Shown piece by piece: positions 9,677 through 20,111 of a stretch of DNA of 64,000 nucleotides (positions are counted from its first letter, which is position 1; every line of letters begins with the position of its first letter). The stretch is from Myxococcales bacterium. GTDB taxonomy: Bacteria > Myxococcota > UBA727 > JABDBI01. Below the pieces are notes generated by a model. It searched no databases. It had not been told where the DNA came from and was given only the letters and a program-made list of their open reading frames with translations. A program made the translations under genes and the position numbers. The stretch spans positions 2,322,481 to 2,386,480 of the forward strand of contig CP060221.1 in NCBI GenBank assembly GCA_023898405.1, given 5' to 3'.

Positions 9677-11005
9677 ATGAAAACAGTAAAGTCAGGATAT
9701 GGAATAGTAGTTGTAGGCGGACAGTGGGGAGATGAAGGAAAAGGGAGAATAGTCGACATCCTTGCTCAAGACTGTGATATTACTGTGCGATTTCATGGCG
9801 GAAATAATGCTGGCCACTCTCTTCATTTCGAAAATAAATCAATAGTTTTGCATGTGATTCCCTGTGGAATTGTAAGATCTCGCAATGTTTCGGTCATAGC
9901 TAATGGGGTAGTTATCGATCCAGAAGTACTTTTAAAGGAGATCGATCATTTAAAATCCATAGGTATAGAGTGCTCACCTGATAATCTTAAAATTTCTGTT
10001 CATGCTCATGTGATTTTGCCTTGGCACAAAATGCTCGATCAAAAACGGGAAGCTGAAACTAATGCATTTTTGGGTACTACAAAACGGGGAATAGGGCCTT
10101 GTTATGAAGACAAGATTGCTCGCATTGGTTTGCGAATTCAAGATCTCGTACAACCGCAGCACCTCAATTTTAAACTCAAGCGTCTCTTCGAACACCATGG
10201 TGTTTCACATAGCGATTCGTTGAAGCAATGCTATGAACAGCTTCTTTTCTATGGAGAGAAACTCAGAGCTTTTATGTGTGATAGCGGTGAATACATTGAA
10301 AAAGCTCTAAAGCAGGGAGCAAGGGTCCTTTTTGAGGGAGCACAGGGGGCTTTATTGGATGTTGATCATGGAAGCTATCCATTTGTCACTTCCTCAAACT
10401 GTGTTGCAGGGCAGGCTTCTGTTGGAAGTGGCATCGGACCTAAATGGTTGCAAGAAGTATTGATGGTAAGCAAGGTATATTGCACGCGAGTGGGAGAAGG
10501 TCCATTTCTCAGCGAGCTCGATCAAAAAAATCAAGAAATATTTCGTCAAGTAGGAAATGAATTTGGTGCAACTACGGGTAGGCCCAGGAGGTGTGGATGG
10601 CTTGACCTCCCAGCCTTGCGTTATGCCTCACAGATCAATGGTGCTACTGGTATTATTTTAACAAAACTTGATGTCCTATCGGCCTTGGGGCAAGTCAAAG
10701 TAGTGAGCGGGTATCAGGGGGCAGGTGGTGAAGATCTTTCATTTCGTGAAGCGATGGATCGTGTGATCTCAGGTATTGAGGTAAAAACTATTTTTAAAGA
10801 TTTTGGAACTATAGAAAAGATGCCTCACTCAGTGGAATCTTTTTCGGCCTTACCATTTGCTGCCCGCGATCTTTGCGAGTACATAGAGAATTTTGTCGGA
10901 GTGCCTGTTGTAATGCTTTCATATGGCAAGGAACGAGGGCAAGAAATAAATTTAAAAGAAAATTGTAATGAAAAAGACATTAGGAGATTGACAACTGCTG
11001 GTTAA
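9677..11005 (+). CDS. purA: Adenylosuccinate synthetase.
   Basis: P-loop GGQWGDEGKGR. GNNAGH and TTGRPRRCGWLD motifs. Confidence 0.9.
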   Translation: MKTVKSGYGIVVVGGQWGDEGKGRIVDILAQDCDITVRFHGGNNAGHSLHFENKSIVLHVIPCGIVRSRNVSVIANGVVIDPEVLLKEIDHLKSIGIECSPDNLKISVHAHVILPWHKMLDQKREAETNAFLGTTKRGIGPCYEDKIARIGLRIQDLVQPQHLNFKLKRLFEHHGVSHSDSLKQCYEQLLFYGEKLRAFMCDSGEYIEKALKQGARVLFEGAQGALLDVDHGSYPFVTSSNCVAGQASVGSGIGPKWLQEVLMVSKVYCTRVGEGPFLSELDQKNQEIFRQVGNEFGATTGRPRRCGWLDLPALRYASQINGATGIILTKLDVLSALGQVKVVSGYQGAGGEDLSFREAMDRVISGIEVKTIFKDFGTIEKMPHSVESFSALPFAARDLCEYIENFVGVPVVMLSYGKERGQEINLKENCNEKDIRRLTTAG

Positions 11006-11049
11006 AATTCTAGGGCTATTCTTCTAGTTGTCGCTTGCGACACCAAGAA

Positions 11050-11124
11050 GCTGACGTAGCTCAACGGTAGAGCGCCTGCCTTGTAAGCAGGGGGTTGCGG
11101 GTTCGAATCCCATCGTCAGCTCCA
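11050..11124 (+). tRNA. tRNA-Thr (UGU).
   Basis: Manual cloverleaf. Anticodon loop CTTGTAA. T-arm GGTTCGAATCC. CCA encoded. Confidence 0.8.
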
Positions 11125-11139
11125 AAATTTATTTTTTTT

Positions 11140-11225
<86 letters not shown>

Positions 11226-11229
11226 GGAT

Positions 11230-11305
11230 GCGGGAGTAGCTCAGTTGGTAGAGCGTCAGCCTTCCAAGCTGAATGTCGCGGGTTCGAATCCCGTCTCCCG
11301 CTCCA
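11230..11305 (+). tRNA. tRNA-Gly (UCC).
   Basis: Acceptor GCGGGAG/CTCCCGC. Anticodon loop CTTCCAA. CCA encoded. Confidence 0.8.
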
Positions 11306-11314
11306 TTTTTGTAG

Positions 11315-11390
<76 letters not shown>

Positions 11391-11393
11391 TTT

Positions 11394-11421
11394 GAAATGC
11401 TGTATTAGGGCATTTTTTTTA
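11394..11421 (+). terminator. Rho-independent terminator after the tRNA cluster, at the position where tuf normally sits.
   Basis: Hairpin AAATGC-tgtattagg-GCATTT followed by a T8 run. Confidence 0.55.
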
Positions 11422-11475
11422 TTATTTGGCTCGCCTTCATTTGGCTTTTGAGTTATGAGTAGAGAGTGCAATTGT

Positions 11476-11551
11476 AGGTCACTAGCTCAACTGGTAGAGC
11501 ACCGGTCTCCAAAACCGGGGGTTGGGGGTTCGATTCCCTCGTGGCCTGCCA
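11476..11551 (+). tRNA. tRNA-Trp (CCA).
   Basis: Acceptor AGGTCAC/GTGGCCT. Anticodon loop CTCCAAA. T-arm GGTTCGATTCC. CCA encoded. Located immediately upstream of secE, as in the canonical cluster. Confidence 0.8.
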
Positions 11552-11582
11552 AACTATCTGCTTTTTTATCGGGGAGGCTCTG

Positions 11583-11972
11583 ATGCGAGCGAAAAGCACC
11601 TGGGTATTTGTATTTTTCCTTTTGAGTTCATTAGTTGTTGCGGTAGCCCTTAATTATGCTGCCAGCGACATGTTTTCTTGGTTTCAGATTAATAATACCG
11701 CTGTTTTAGGTGATAGCTTTAGATTGAGCACGCTGGTGGCGGTGGGTCTTGCTTTATTGTTGGGCGTCTTTTTTGGGGTGTTTTCCTCAAAGTCTCGAAA
11801 CTATGTGGAACAATGTGTTGCTGAATTTAACAAAGTGGCTTGGCCGGAATGGAAAGAAACTAAGCTTGCTACTTTTACAGTGGTGGTTGTTTCATTGGTT
11901 GCGTCAGTGATTCTTGGTGTGTTTGATAGCTTTTTTTCATGGTGGACAAATAATAACCTCTTTATCTGGTAG
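11583..11972 (+). CDS. secE: Preprotein translocase subunit SecE.
   Basis: Conserved C-terminal SecE region (EFNKVAWPEWKETKLATFTVVVVSLVASV) and TM helices. Start moved to MRAKS because the ORF-track start lies inside tRNA-Trp. Confidence 0.7.
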   Translation: MRAKSTWVFVFFLLSSLVVAVALNYAASDMFSWFQINNTAVLGDSFRLSTLVAVGLALLLGVFFGVFSSKSRNYVEQCVAEFNKVAWPEWKETKLATFTVVVVSLVASVILGVFDSFFSWWTNNNLFIW

Positions 11973-12008
11973 TTATTTGTTTTTTTATGTTTATCTATTG
12001 TATGTTTT

Positions 12009-12035
12009 GCCCGCTTAAGCGGGCAAAAATTTTTC
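12009..12035 (+). terminator. Hairpin (GCCCGC-ttaa-GCGGGC) plus A/T run between secE and nusG. Possible attenuator or terminator.
   Basis: 6-bp GC stem seen directly. The T-run is separated from the stem by AAAAA, so strength is uncertain. Confidence 0.35.
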
Positions 12036-12225
12036 TAGAAAAGTTTTTGTTTAAGCATATTTAATGTGCTTTTTGAGGGCTTCTTAATAAGTTAGAATTA
12101 TAGGAATTTAGAAAAGCAATGCTGAAGGCCCTTGCGTTTACATGTATTGATGGCACACTGCAGCTACCTTTGGCGGGCATTTCATGCCGCGTGATTCCAT
12201 AACATTTAGCATAGGGCTTTATTTG

Positions 12226-12822
12226 ATGAATGAAGAAAATAAATCTGCTCTTCCTCCAGAAAACGAAGATAGTGCAGAAGAGTTAAAAAATACTAATATG
12301 AAATGGTATGTTGTTCATACGCACTCTGGTATGGAAAATAAAGCCAAAAAGTCTTTGCAAGAGCGAATTGTTCAATATGGGTTTGAAGATAAATTTGGCG
12401 AAATTTTGGTGCCAACAGAAACCATAGAGCATGTAAAAAATAATGTACGCAGGGTTCAAAGTCGTAAATGTCTTCCAGGCTACATGATCGTCCAGATGGA
12501 GCTTAGTGCCGAGACAAGTCAGCTTGTGCGTGGAACTTCCAAAATAGCGGGTTTCGTAGGGGGAAGTAAGATGCCTTCTCCTATTACTCGTGCTGAAGCC
12601 GAGCGCATGATGCAATTGTCAAAAGGGATAAAAACAACTGTGGTGACGTTGGAGTTTTCTGAAGGCGAAAACGTTAAGGTTACAGATGGCCCATTTGCAA
12701 ATTTCCAAGGTACGATTGAAGAAGTTAAGCCCGAGAAGAAGAAATTGAGAGTGTTGGTTTCTATATTTGGCCGTTCAACTCCGGTTGAGCTTGATTTCAA
12801 TCAAGTTGAAAAAATAGGTTGA
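12226..12822 (+). CDS. nusG: Transcription termination/antitermination factor NusG.
   Basis: NGN domain ([19 protein letters not shown]) and C-terminal KOW motif ([21 protein letters not shown]). The start is ambiguous among 12184, 12226 and 12298. Confidence 0.85.
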   Translation: MNEENKSALPPENEDSAEELKNTNMKWYVVHTHSGMENKAKKSLQERIVQYGFEDKFGEILVPTETIEHVKNNVRRVQSRKCLPGYMIVQMELSAETSQLVRGTSKIAGFVGGSKMPSPITRAEAERMMQLSKGIKTTVVTLEFSEGENVKVTDGPFANFQGTIEEVKPEKKKLRVLVSIFGRSTPVELDFNQVEKIG

Positions 12823-12928
12823 AAACGCTTTTAAAGTAAATCGTGCCCTATTGCCAGTATAAAGAAGAACTGAAAAGCTCGAACAACTGTGGGAGCCTTA
12901 GAAGGCGATTACCACGTGAGGAGAAAAA

Positions 12929-13372
12929 ATGGCTAAAAAAGCTACAGCGTTTATTAAGTTACAAATTCCTGCTGGTAAAGCAACTCCAGCGCCACCAGTG
13001 GGACCCGCGTTAGGTCAGCATTCCCTGAATATCATGGCTTTTTGCAAGGAGTTTAATGCAAGAACGCAAGACCAGGGTAACATGTTGATTCCGGTTGTGA
13101 TTACAGCCTATCAAGATAAATCTTTTACTTTTGTTACCAAGGTTCCTCCTGCTTCTACTTTGATCAAGAAAGCTGCTGGTCTCAAGCTTGAGAAAAAACC
13201 TGGTGCAGGTGCAAAAAATCCGGGTAAAGAGAAGGTCGGTAAACTTACTCAGCAACAGTTGGAAGAAATTGCCAAAACCAAGATGGCGGATCTTAATTGT
13301 TATGATGTCAAGGCTGGGGCAAAAATTATCGCTGGTACAGCACGCTCGATGGGTATTGAGATTGTCGGTTAA
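12929..13372 (+). CDS. rplK: 50S ribosomal protein L11.
   Basis: MAKK...[21 protein letters not shown] signature. Confidence 0.9.
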   Translation: MAKKATAFIKLQIPAGKATPAPPVGPALGQHSLNIMAFCKEFNARTQDQGNMLIPVVITAYQDKSFTFVTKVPPASTLIKKAAGLKLEKKPGAGAKNPGKEKVGKLTQQQLEEIAKTKMADLNCYDVKAGAKIIAGTARSMGIEIVG

Positions 13373-13402
13373 CAATAGTGTAGTTGGAACAAGGAATTAA
13401 TA

Positions 13403-14107
13403 ATGTCAAAACGTGGAAAAAATTATATTAATGCGCACAAAAAAGTTAACCATGATCAACGCTATGGTTTAGAAGATGGGTGTGCAGTTCTTAAAGAGAC
13501 TAAACGTGCAAAGTTCGATGAGTCTGCTGATGTTGCCATTAATCTCGGAGTAGATCCTCGACATGCCGATCAGATGGTTCGTGGTGCTGTTGTTTTGCCT
13601 CACGGAACAGGAAAGACCGTTCGTGTAGCAGTATTTGCTAAAGGCCCTAAAGCTGAAGAAGCAAAAAATGCTGGAGCCGACTTAGTTGGAGCCGAAGATC
13701 TGGCTGCAAAAATTGAAGGAGGATTTCTCGATTTTGATCGTGTGATTGCTGAACCTTCAATGATGGCTGTTGTTGGTAAGCTTGGAAGAGTATTGGGGCC
13801 TCGCGGTTTGATGCCAAACCCGAAAGTCGGTACCGTTACAGTTGATATCGGTCGTGCAGTTGAAGAAGCTAAAGGCGGTAAGATCGAATTTCGTGTTGAT
13901 AAGACTGGTACATTGCATGCTCCTTTTGGCAGAGCTTCTTTTGCCAAAGAGAAATTACATGAAAATTTGAAGGCTTTGCTTGAGTCAGTGCAGAGAGCGC
14001 GTCCTCATAGTGTTAAAGGGCAATATATGCAAAAAATTGTTATCTCTTTAACTATGGGGCCAGGTGTAAAACTTGACGTTCAGCAAATCGCTGCGCTTCT
14101 TGCATAG
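13403..14107 (+). CDS. rplA: 50S ribosomal protein L1.
   Basis: L1 colinearity (KRGK...[12 protein letters not shown]...[10 protein letters not shown]). Confidence 0.9.
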   Translation: MSKRGKNYINAHKKVNHDQRYGLEDGCAVLKETKRAKFDESADVAINLGVDPRHADQMVRGAVVLPHGTGKTVRVAVFAKGPKAEEAKNAGADLVGAEDLAAKIEGGFLDFDRVIAEPSMMAVVGKLGRVLGPRGLMPNPKVGTVTVDIGRAVEEAKGGKIEFRVDKTGTLHAPFGRASFAKEKLHENLKALLESVQRARPHSVKGQYMQKIVISLTMGPGVKLDVQQIAALLA

Positions 14108-14134
14108 TTTCTCAAAAATTAAAATTTTTTTGTG

Positions 14135-14165
14135 AAAGCCAAAGTTTTTCTTTGGCTTTTTTATT
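14135..14165 (+). terminator. Rho-independent terminator after rplA.
   Basis: Hairpin AAAGCCAAAG-ttttt-CTTTGGCTTT followed by TTTATT. Confidence 0.6.
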
Positions 14166-14394
14166 GAACTCATGTATCAGGGCTTGCCAAAGCATTATTT
14201 CTATGCAAAGGCTAGGCTGTGCTTACGAGACATTCTAGTCAAAGAAAGCAGGTGGTTCCCTTAAATGTTTTTTATAAAACAGCCGGCCGAGATTAAGGAT
14301 GAAAAGACACTTCTTTCTTTTCCTTTAATTTTTGGTGCTTTTGAACAGATAGAATGATCTGTTATGTGGTTTTTTGTGTTTTAGGGAAGGCAAA
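14166..14394 (+). promoter_or_regulatory. Approximately 230-nt untranslated leader of rplJ-rplL. Candidate L10(L12)4 autoregulatory leader.
   Basis: A long noncoding gap lies between the rplA terminator and the rplJ start. This matches the established organisation of the L10 operon. No structure was computed. Confidence 0.3.
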
Positions 14395-14916
14395 ATGGAT
14401 AAAGCAAATAAAGAACAGCAGATATCTTTTGTGAAGGATCTGGTGGCGAACGCTGAGTGTTTAGTGCTTGCCAATATTGAAGGTTTGAACGCATCCCAAG
14501 TAGCAGAGCTGCGTCGTGGACTTCATGATGAAGGTGTTGGTCTCAAGGTTATCAAAAATAAACTTGCACGTATTGCTATCGCTGATACGAATGCCAAAGA
14601 TCTGAGCAATGATTTTGTGGGTTCTACCGCAATAGCGTGGAGTAATGATAATCCAGTAGCTCCGGCAAAGGTTCTCGTTAAATTCGAGAAAGAATTTGAA
14701 AAGCTTGAATTGAAGGCAGGCTTTAGCTCTGATGCTCGTATTGATGCTCAAGGCATTAATGCTCTTTCAAAATTGCCGAGTTTGGACGAATTGCGTGCAC
14801 AGTTGCTTGGACTGTTTACATCACCTGCTTCTCAGTTGCTTGGTCAAATTAATGCAGTGGCAGCTAATGTTGTCGGTGTGTTGCAAGCAAAGATTGATAA
14901 GGACAAAGACGCTTAA
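14395..14916 (+). CDS. rplJ: 50S ribosomal protein L10.
   Basis: L10 colinearity. Start placed at MDKANKEQ, which has a GGGAAGG RBS. Confidence 0.85.
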   Translation: MDKANKEQQISFVKDLVANAECLVLANIEGLNASQVAELRRGLHDEGVGLKVIKNKLARIAIADTNAKDLSNDFVGSTAIAWSNDNPVAPAKVLVKFEKEFEKLELKAGFSSDARIDAQGINALSKLPSLDELRAQLLGLFTSPASQLLGQINAVAANVVGVLQAKIDKDKDA

Positions 14917-14958
14917 GGCGTAAAAATTTTTTAAAGCTTACTTTTTTTGGAGGAAAAA

Positions 14959-15342
14959 ATGGCTGATTTAGAAAAACTAGTAGAAGGACTGTCATCACTT
15001 ACCCTTATGGAAGCTGCTGACTTGGTTAAACAACTTGAAGACAAATGGGGCGTTAAGGCTGCTACCGGTGGTGGCATGATGATGGCTATGGCTCCAGGAG
15101 CTGGTGGTGGTGCTGCTGCTGCTGAAGAAAAAACTGAATTTGATGTGAAATTGGCTGCAGCTGGTGACAAGAAAATTCAGGTAATCAAAGTTGTTCGTGA
15201 AATCACTGGTCTTGGTTTGAAAGAAGCCAAAGACTTGGTAGATGGTGCTCCTAGCGTTGTTAAAGAAGGTATCGCTAAAGCAGATGCTGAAGCTATGAAA
15301 GCTAAGCTTGAAGCTGAAGGTGCTAAAGTAGAGATCGTCTAA
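14959..15342 (+). CDS. rplL: 50S ribosomal protein L7/L12.
   Basis: N-terminal dimerisation region. Ala/Gly-rich hinge ([21 protein letters not shown]). C-terminal domain [25 protein letters not shown]. Start placed at MADLEKL with a GGAGG RBS. Confidence 0.9.
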   Translation: MADLEKLVEGLSSLTLMEAADLVKQLEDKWGVKAATGGGMMMAMAPGAGGGAAAAEEKTEFDVKLAAAGDKKIQVIKVVREITGLGLKEAKDLVDGAPSVVKEGIAKADAEAMKAKLEAEGAKVEIV

Positions 15343-15398
15343 TTAGGATATCTCAATGCATACCTTTAAATAAAGAAAACTAGGTTTGCACAACGTTT

Positions 15399-15435
15399 AA
15401 ACGCCTCACAAGAATTATGTGGGGCGTTTTTGTTT
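15399..15435 (+). terminator. Rho-independent terminator after rplL.
   Basis: Hairpin AACGCCTCACA-agaattat-GTGGGGCGTT followed by TTTTTGTTT. Confidence 0.6.
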
Positions 15436-15446
15436 GGGGTTCTAGA

Positions 15447-16298
15447 ATGGAAGGAATTTTATTAGTTGATAAACCTGTTGGGCCGTCTTCATTTGATGTT
15501 GTTCGCGCAGTGCAGCGCTTAAGCAAGCAAAAAAGAATAGGGCATGCTGGAACTCTCGATCCTTTGGCAAGCGGATTATTAGTTATATGCCTTGGACGAT
15601 ACACTAAATTTGCAAGCTTTCTGACCAATACAAGCAAAGTTTATGAATCTATTTTTACTTTGGGAAAATCCACTACCACCGATGATGCTGAGGGGGAAAT
15701 AATAGAAGAAAAATCGATTGGGCATCTTAGTGAATCTGATATTAATGATGCATTGATGAGTTTTAAGGGAAAGATTGAGCAGGCACCTCCACAATTTTCT
15801 GCCATAAAAATCAATGGACAAAGAGCTTATAAAATGGCGCGCGATAATCAGGAATTTGAAATTACGCCACGTTCGGTTGAATTGTTTGAGCTTGTGCTGA
15901 TGGCGATTAATTTGCCACAGATAAGCATTGGCGTGCATTGCTCTAAAGGAACCTATATTCGTGCTCTTGCTCGCGATTTGGGTGAGAAACTTGGGACTGG
16001 TGCATTTGCTTCGCAGATTAGGCGCATTAAATCAGGTAACTATTGCATTGAAGATGCACTCTCACTGAATGATCTTGATGAAGAGAGTATTGCCAAAACT
16101 CTTAAAACAGGAAGAGAAGCTGTTGGAACTTTGCCTATTGTAGAGCTGGATGAAAAAAACACACTCTTAGCTAAGCATGGAAAACAGCTAGAGATCAATG
16201 CTTCTTTTTCTGATTGTTTTGTAGGTTTTTTTCAATCAGAGCCCATAGCTATTTTAAAAAATGAAAATAGTGCAATAAAAATTGTGCGAGGAATCTAG
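15447..16298 (+). CDS. truB: tRNA pseudouridine(55) synthase TruB.
   Basis: Motif GHAGTLDPLASGLLV with the catalytic Asp. Start placed at MEGILLVDKP. Confidence 0.85.
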   Translation: MEGILLVDKPVGPSSFDVVRAVQRLSKQKRIGHAGTLDPLASGLLVICLGRYTKFASFLTNTSKVYESIFTLGKSTTTDDAEGEIIEEKSIGHLSESDINDALMSFKGKIEQAPPQFSAIKINGQRAYKMARDNQEFEITPRSVELFELVLMAINLPQISIGVHCSKGTYIRALARDLGEKLGTGAFASQIRRIKSGNYCIEDALSLNDLDEESIAKTLKTGREAVGTLPIVELDEKNTLLAKHGKQLEINASFSDCFVGFFQSEPIAILKNENSAIKIVRGI

Positions 16299-16697
16299 GT
16301 TTTAAGTTAATTGTTGTTAGCTTTAGCTTGAACCTGTTTTTCAATCTGTTGATGAAGCAATGGCAGTCCTAATACCGGTACAAAGCCCGATATGCGGTAA
16401 TAGTCAAGTTTGCTCGCAGGCACAACGAAAAGCAACACTACCTCTGCCAGTCATTGGGGGGGCATTGAAATAGTAGGCTGCGCACAAGAATTGAGCGCTT
16501 GATGCGAAAAACTATTTGCTTTTCAAAGTGTTAAAGAATGCATGATATCGTTATCTGTTTATTTGTATATATATATTAATTTTGATTTCTTCTGTAGTTT
16601 TAATGTTTTATCAGTACGAATGGCATTGTATGTGTTGCTTTTTACTCTAAAAGGTGTTAGTGGTTATTTGTTGTATAAAAATAAATGAGAAAATAAT

Positions 16698-17906
16698 ATG
16701 TTCTTAATAAGAATAATAATTGTTGTTTGTTTTCTTTTTATTATAGTCATTGGTTGCGGTAAGAATGATGTGAAGTTAGTGATCGATAGCGAACCAGTTA
16801 AAACTACAGGCCTATTTCAGATAAATCCAGAAAAACAGCCAGATTTCCCAAAAAATCTTCCGCTGGAAGAGCACATGAAGGATAATTTTGATTTTTCCCA
16901 ATTTGAGAGTGTTAATTGGCAAGACATTAATACTTTTGGCGAAACTTGTGACTGCATTGGAACTTCAAAAGAAGAAATTTCGCCATATGGTTTAAAACCT
17001 GATTTTGGTATTACGAGAGATAACTATTTTGCCGTAAAAATCGCTGGGGATGGATCATGTTGGATTCGTTCTGCTACCCAAGTTGTGCTATTTCATGCAT
17101 TTCAATCAGACTTGGCCTTTGATACACTTATAAACAATATCCAGCAGCATGCAGTTAGCTATGCAAAAATTCCAGGTTTTAGTCAACGTTTTCGTCATCA
17201 TGATTTAATTGCTTTATTAAAGACCCTAAAAACCCTCTCACCTAAAGAGCGTTTAAAGCAGTATAATAAAGTAAAAGTCGATTTGTTATTGGATTATTCA
17301 ATGAGAGCACTTCTTCATGTAAGATTAGTTACTGAAAATGGAGAGTTAAGCGAGATTTATAAAATCGAAGCAAAAAAAATCCTAACTAGTAAAGAATGGG
17401 GTGATGGCTCTGAAGCGAGCATTAAGTTAGCAGCTATGCTTTTAAAGAGTGATCAGATTTTTGCTGCTATTCATGCTGAGTCACATGATCGAAAGTTAGA
17501 TTACTTGCTCTTATTTTATGTTGAGCCAAGGGAACTAGTATTTTTAGATTTTAAGGGGAAAGCAAAAATAGATTCAGTTAACGAGAAAATAAAAATAGAT
17601 TTAGCTAGAAATTACATTGAAAGCCGTGAAACACTGTCTCAAGTTAAAGAAGAGTGCCGAGCCAAAAAAGCTGATTATGAGGCTACTCCCCAAGAAAATT
17701 CGTCGTTGCGGAAGCAAAGAAGAATTGAGTTTTATTATTGCGAAAATTTTAAACTTAAGGTCAAACAACTAGCAGAGCTGTGGCATCTTAACTCGCTTGC
17801 TGACTGTCATAAAAATCAAGCTTTTAGAATTTTTACCTACATGCCGACAAATAACCATTATGAACTTTTAATCCGCAATGATGCCGCAAGAGATTTTGGC
17901 ATTTAA
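16698..17906 (+). CDS. Lipoprotein with an OTU-like cysteine protease (deubiquitinase-like) motif.
   Basis: Lipobox VIGC|G. Cys-box IAGDGSCWIRSATQ matches the OTU DGNCLFRA consensus. No other recognisable domain. Confidence 0.4.
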   Translation: MFLIRIIIVVCFLFIIVIGCGKNDVKLVIDSEPVKTTGLFQINPEKQPDFPKNLPLEEHMKDNFDFSQFESVNWQDINTFGETCDCIGTSKEEISPYGLKPDFGITRDNYFAVKIAGDGSCWIRSATQVVLFHAFQSDLAFDTLINNIQQHAVSYAKIPGFSQRFRHHDLIALLKTLKTLSPKERLKQYNKVKVDLLLDYSMRALLHVRLVTENGELSEIYKIEAKKILTSKEWGDGSEASIKLAAMLLKSDQIFAAIHAESHDRKLDYLLLFYVEPRELVFLDFKGKAKIDSVNEKIKIDLARNYIESRETLSQVKEECRAKKADYEATPQENSSLRKQRRIEFYYCENFKLKVKQLAELWHLNSLADCHKNQAFRIFTYMPTNNHYELLIRNDAARDFGI

Positions 17907-17989
17907 TAGTGGCCTTATTTGCTTTTTTCAGACCCTACCATAATGGGCTCATTGAGGTATCTAGAGCCCTTTAACAAAACAAGTACGAA

Positions 17990-18556
17990 TCAATTTTGAA
18001 TGAGAGATTTTTCGCGCATCCAGTCTAGGGCGGTTTTATTATTTTCATGAGCAGCGACTTTTTGTGGTGTCCACCCATCGCTGTCCTCTGCCAAAAAATT
18101 ACCACCATGCTGGTATAAAAGGTTAAAAATTTCAGTTTCGGAATGCCTTCTTACTGCGATATGAACGGGCGTCCATCCTTTATAAAAACAGCCGTGAGAG
18201 TTGACGGTATCTTCTAAAGTCGCGTTTGGATCGGCTCCATTCTCAAGTAAAAGCCTAAGTATTTCAATGTTTACTTTTTTATACCTAAGAAGATTATGAA
18301 GGGGACTAAAACCATGCTTTAGACGGCAATTTAAGATATTTTCTCTTTGACTATCGGTAAGACGAGAAATAAAATTCTCAACCTTTTGATCATTGTTTTT
18401 GCTTATCAGACCATTAAGAGTTTTTCCATCTAGGGGCTGAGCAGAATGGCGGGAGTAATGATTTTGTGAACGATGCCTTCTTTGGGAAGTATTTGATGCG
18501 TGTAGAAGAGACGAACAAAAAAATAGGGTGCCAAGCACCAAGACTAAGTTTTTCAT
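17990..18556 (-). CDS. Secreted ankyrin-repeat protein.
   Basis: Signal peptide. Ankyrin repeats (GFSPLHNLL..., GWTPVHIAVRRHSETEIFNLLYQHGGN, DGWTPQKVAA). Confidence 0.7.
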   Translation of the reverse strand: MKNLVLVLGTLFFCSSLLHASNTSQRRHRSQNHYSRHSAQPLDGKTLNGLISKNNDQKVENFISRLTDSQRENILNCRLKHGFSPLHNLLRYKKVNIEILRLLLENGADPNATLEDTVNSHGCFYKGWTPVHIAVRRHSETEIFNLLYQHGGNFLAEDSDGWTPQKVAAHENNKTALDWMREKSLIQN

Positions 18557-18717
18557 AAATCCTCAATATAAAACGACAATTGCTTGTATGAATGTGAACT
18601 TAATCGTCAAGTGAGTTTATGATAACTTAAAGATTCTCGATAACAGATTGGTGTGCCTCGTAAAAAAAATACGCCAAAATTTACGCAAGTTCACTATCTC
18701 CTATGAAGGAGAAAATT

Positions 18718-19203
18718 ATGAAAAGTTTATTAATTATTTTTACTCTGCTTACTACGCTGAATATAAACGCAAATAGTTTGTCAAACCGGTGTGCTTCACT
18801 GGAAACAGAATTGCAAGAAGCTTTATCTCAGCCAAATTTAAAGGCTGAGTTCCTCGATCAGGAGAGCATCAAAAAGTGCTTTAATGCAAAATTGGTTTTA
18901 AGCAACAACTATGACGGGTATTCCAAGGATAACTACGAATTATTTATGAATGAATTGAATGGAGTGTTGATCGATATTGATCAGAGCTTGACTATTATGG
19001 ATCAAGTAAACGAAAATTTGGCTCAGAGTAATCATACATTGGAAGAGTCTCAAGCATTGGTAAATACTATAAATCTTTGGCAATTCACAAAATTTGGAAA
19101 GAAATTTTACCTTGTAGCAAGCGGTTTTGGCGATGATGACTTTTTTGTGAATACGCTTTTTAAAGGTGACGAGACAAAAATATTGTTGATGAGAGCTGAA
19201 TAA
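18718..19203 (+). CDS. Hypothetical secreted protein.
   Basis: Signal peptide MKSLLIIFTLLTTLNINA. AAGGAG RBS before the second ATG. No recognisable domain. Confidence 0.4.
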   Translation: MKSLLIIFTLLTTLNINANSLSNRCASLETELQEALSQPNLKAEFLDQESIKKCFNAKLVLSNNYDGYSKDNYELFMNELNGVLIDIDQSLTIMDQVNENLAQSNHTLEESQALVNTINLWQFTKFGKKFYLVASGFGDDDFFVNTLFKGDETKILLMRAE

Positions 19204-19283
19204 ATTTAATTTGAGTGCCCTAAAGCCAATTTCTTTGTAGTATGCAGACCTGATTCTAAGAAAGAGCGCTCAAAGGAGAGATT

Positions 19284-20063
19284 ATGTCTGCATTGCTTAT
19301 AAATTACGAGAAGGATATCGTTCACATTGTGCTCAACCGGCCAGAGGTTCGCAATGCACTCAACAAGGAACTTTTGACCGAGCTTTCTCATGAGCTAGAA
19401 AGCATAAATAAAAATTCAAAGCTGCGTGCGGCACTCTTTTATAGCAGTAGTGAGAAAGCATTTTGTGCGGGAGCAGATTTAAAAGAGCGCGCGGCAATGT
19501 CAGAACAGGAGACCTTTGGATTTGTAAAACTGATTCAGTCAACAATTAACAAAATTGCACTTTTAAAAATTCCAACTATAGCCGCAGTCAATGGTGAAGC
19601 ATTTGGTGGAGGGCTTGAGCTTGCATTAGCATGCGATATGCGCATCGGATCAGAGGATATTCAGCTTGGCCTTACTGAGTGTTCATTAGGAATTATACCG
19701 GGGGCAGGAGGAACTCAACGGCTCCCAAAAATTGTAGGAATCTCTCGAGCTATGGAGATGATATTCATGGCTAAGCGAATGAAAGGCAAAGAAGCCTACG
19801 CTATAGCTTTGCTTAATGAGTTGGTAACTTCTCGCAGTGAGGTGGTTGGCAAAGCACAACAATGGGCGACAATTATTGCCAATAATGCGCCACTAGCGAT
19901 TAGAGCTGCCAAAAAGGCTCTTACAAAAAATAATGCCAAAACTTTTAATGATGCCTTGGCTTTTGAGCTTGAATGCTATCAAGAAATAATTTCCACCAGC
20001 GATCGTTTAGAAGCTCTGCGCGCTTTTAGAGAAAAAAGACTGCCACAATTCCGTGGTGAATAA
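19284..20063 (+). CDS. Enoyl-CoA hydratase/isomerase (crotonase) family protein.
   Basis: Crotonase fold motifs (FCAGADLKE, AAVNGEAFGGGLELALACDMRI). Confidence 0.8.
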   Translation: MSALLINYEKDIVHIVLNRPEVRNALNKELLTELSHELESINKNSKLRAALFYSSSEKAFCAGADLKERAAMSEQETFGFVKLIQSTINKIALLKIPTIAAVNGEAFGGGLELALACDMRIGSEDIQLGLTECSLGIIPGAGGTQRLPKIVGISRAMEMIFMAKRMKGKEAYAIALLNELVTSRSEVVGKAQQWATIIANNAPLAIRAAKKALTKNNAKTFNDALAFELECYQEIISTSDRLEALRAFREKRLPQFRGE

Positions 20064-20111
20064 ATTTTAGGCTATTTGGCTACAAATTTTACCAACACCC
20101 AAGTAAAAATT

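Noticed and set aside
13600-13947. 115-aa antisense ORF within rplA, and similar antisense ORFs within rplK, rplJ, nusG and glyA.
   Set aside because: They are fully embedded in highly conserved ribosomal and core genes. These are classic shadow ORFs.
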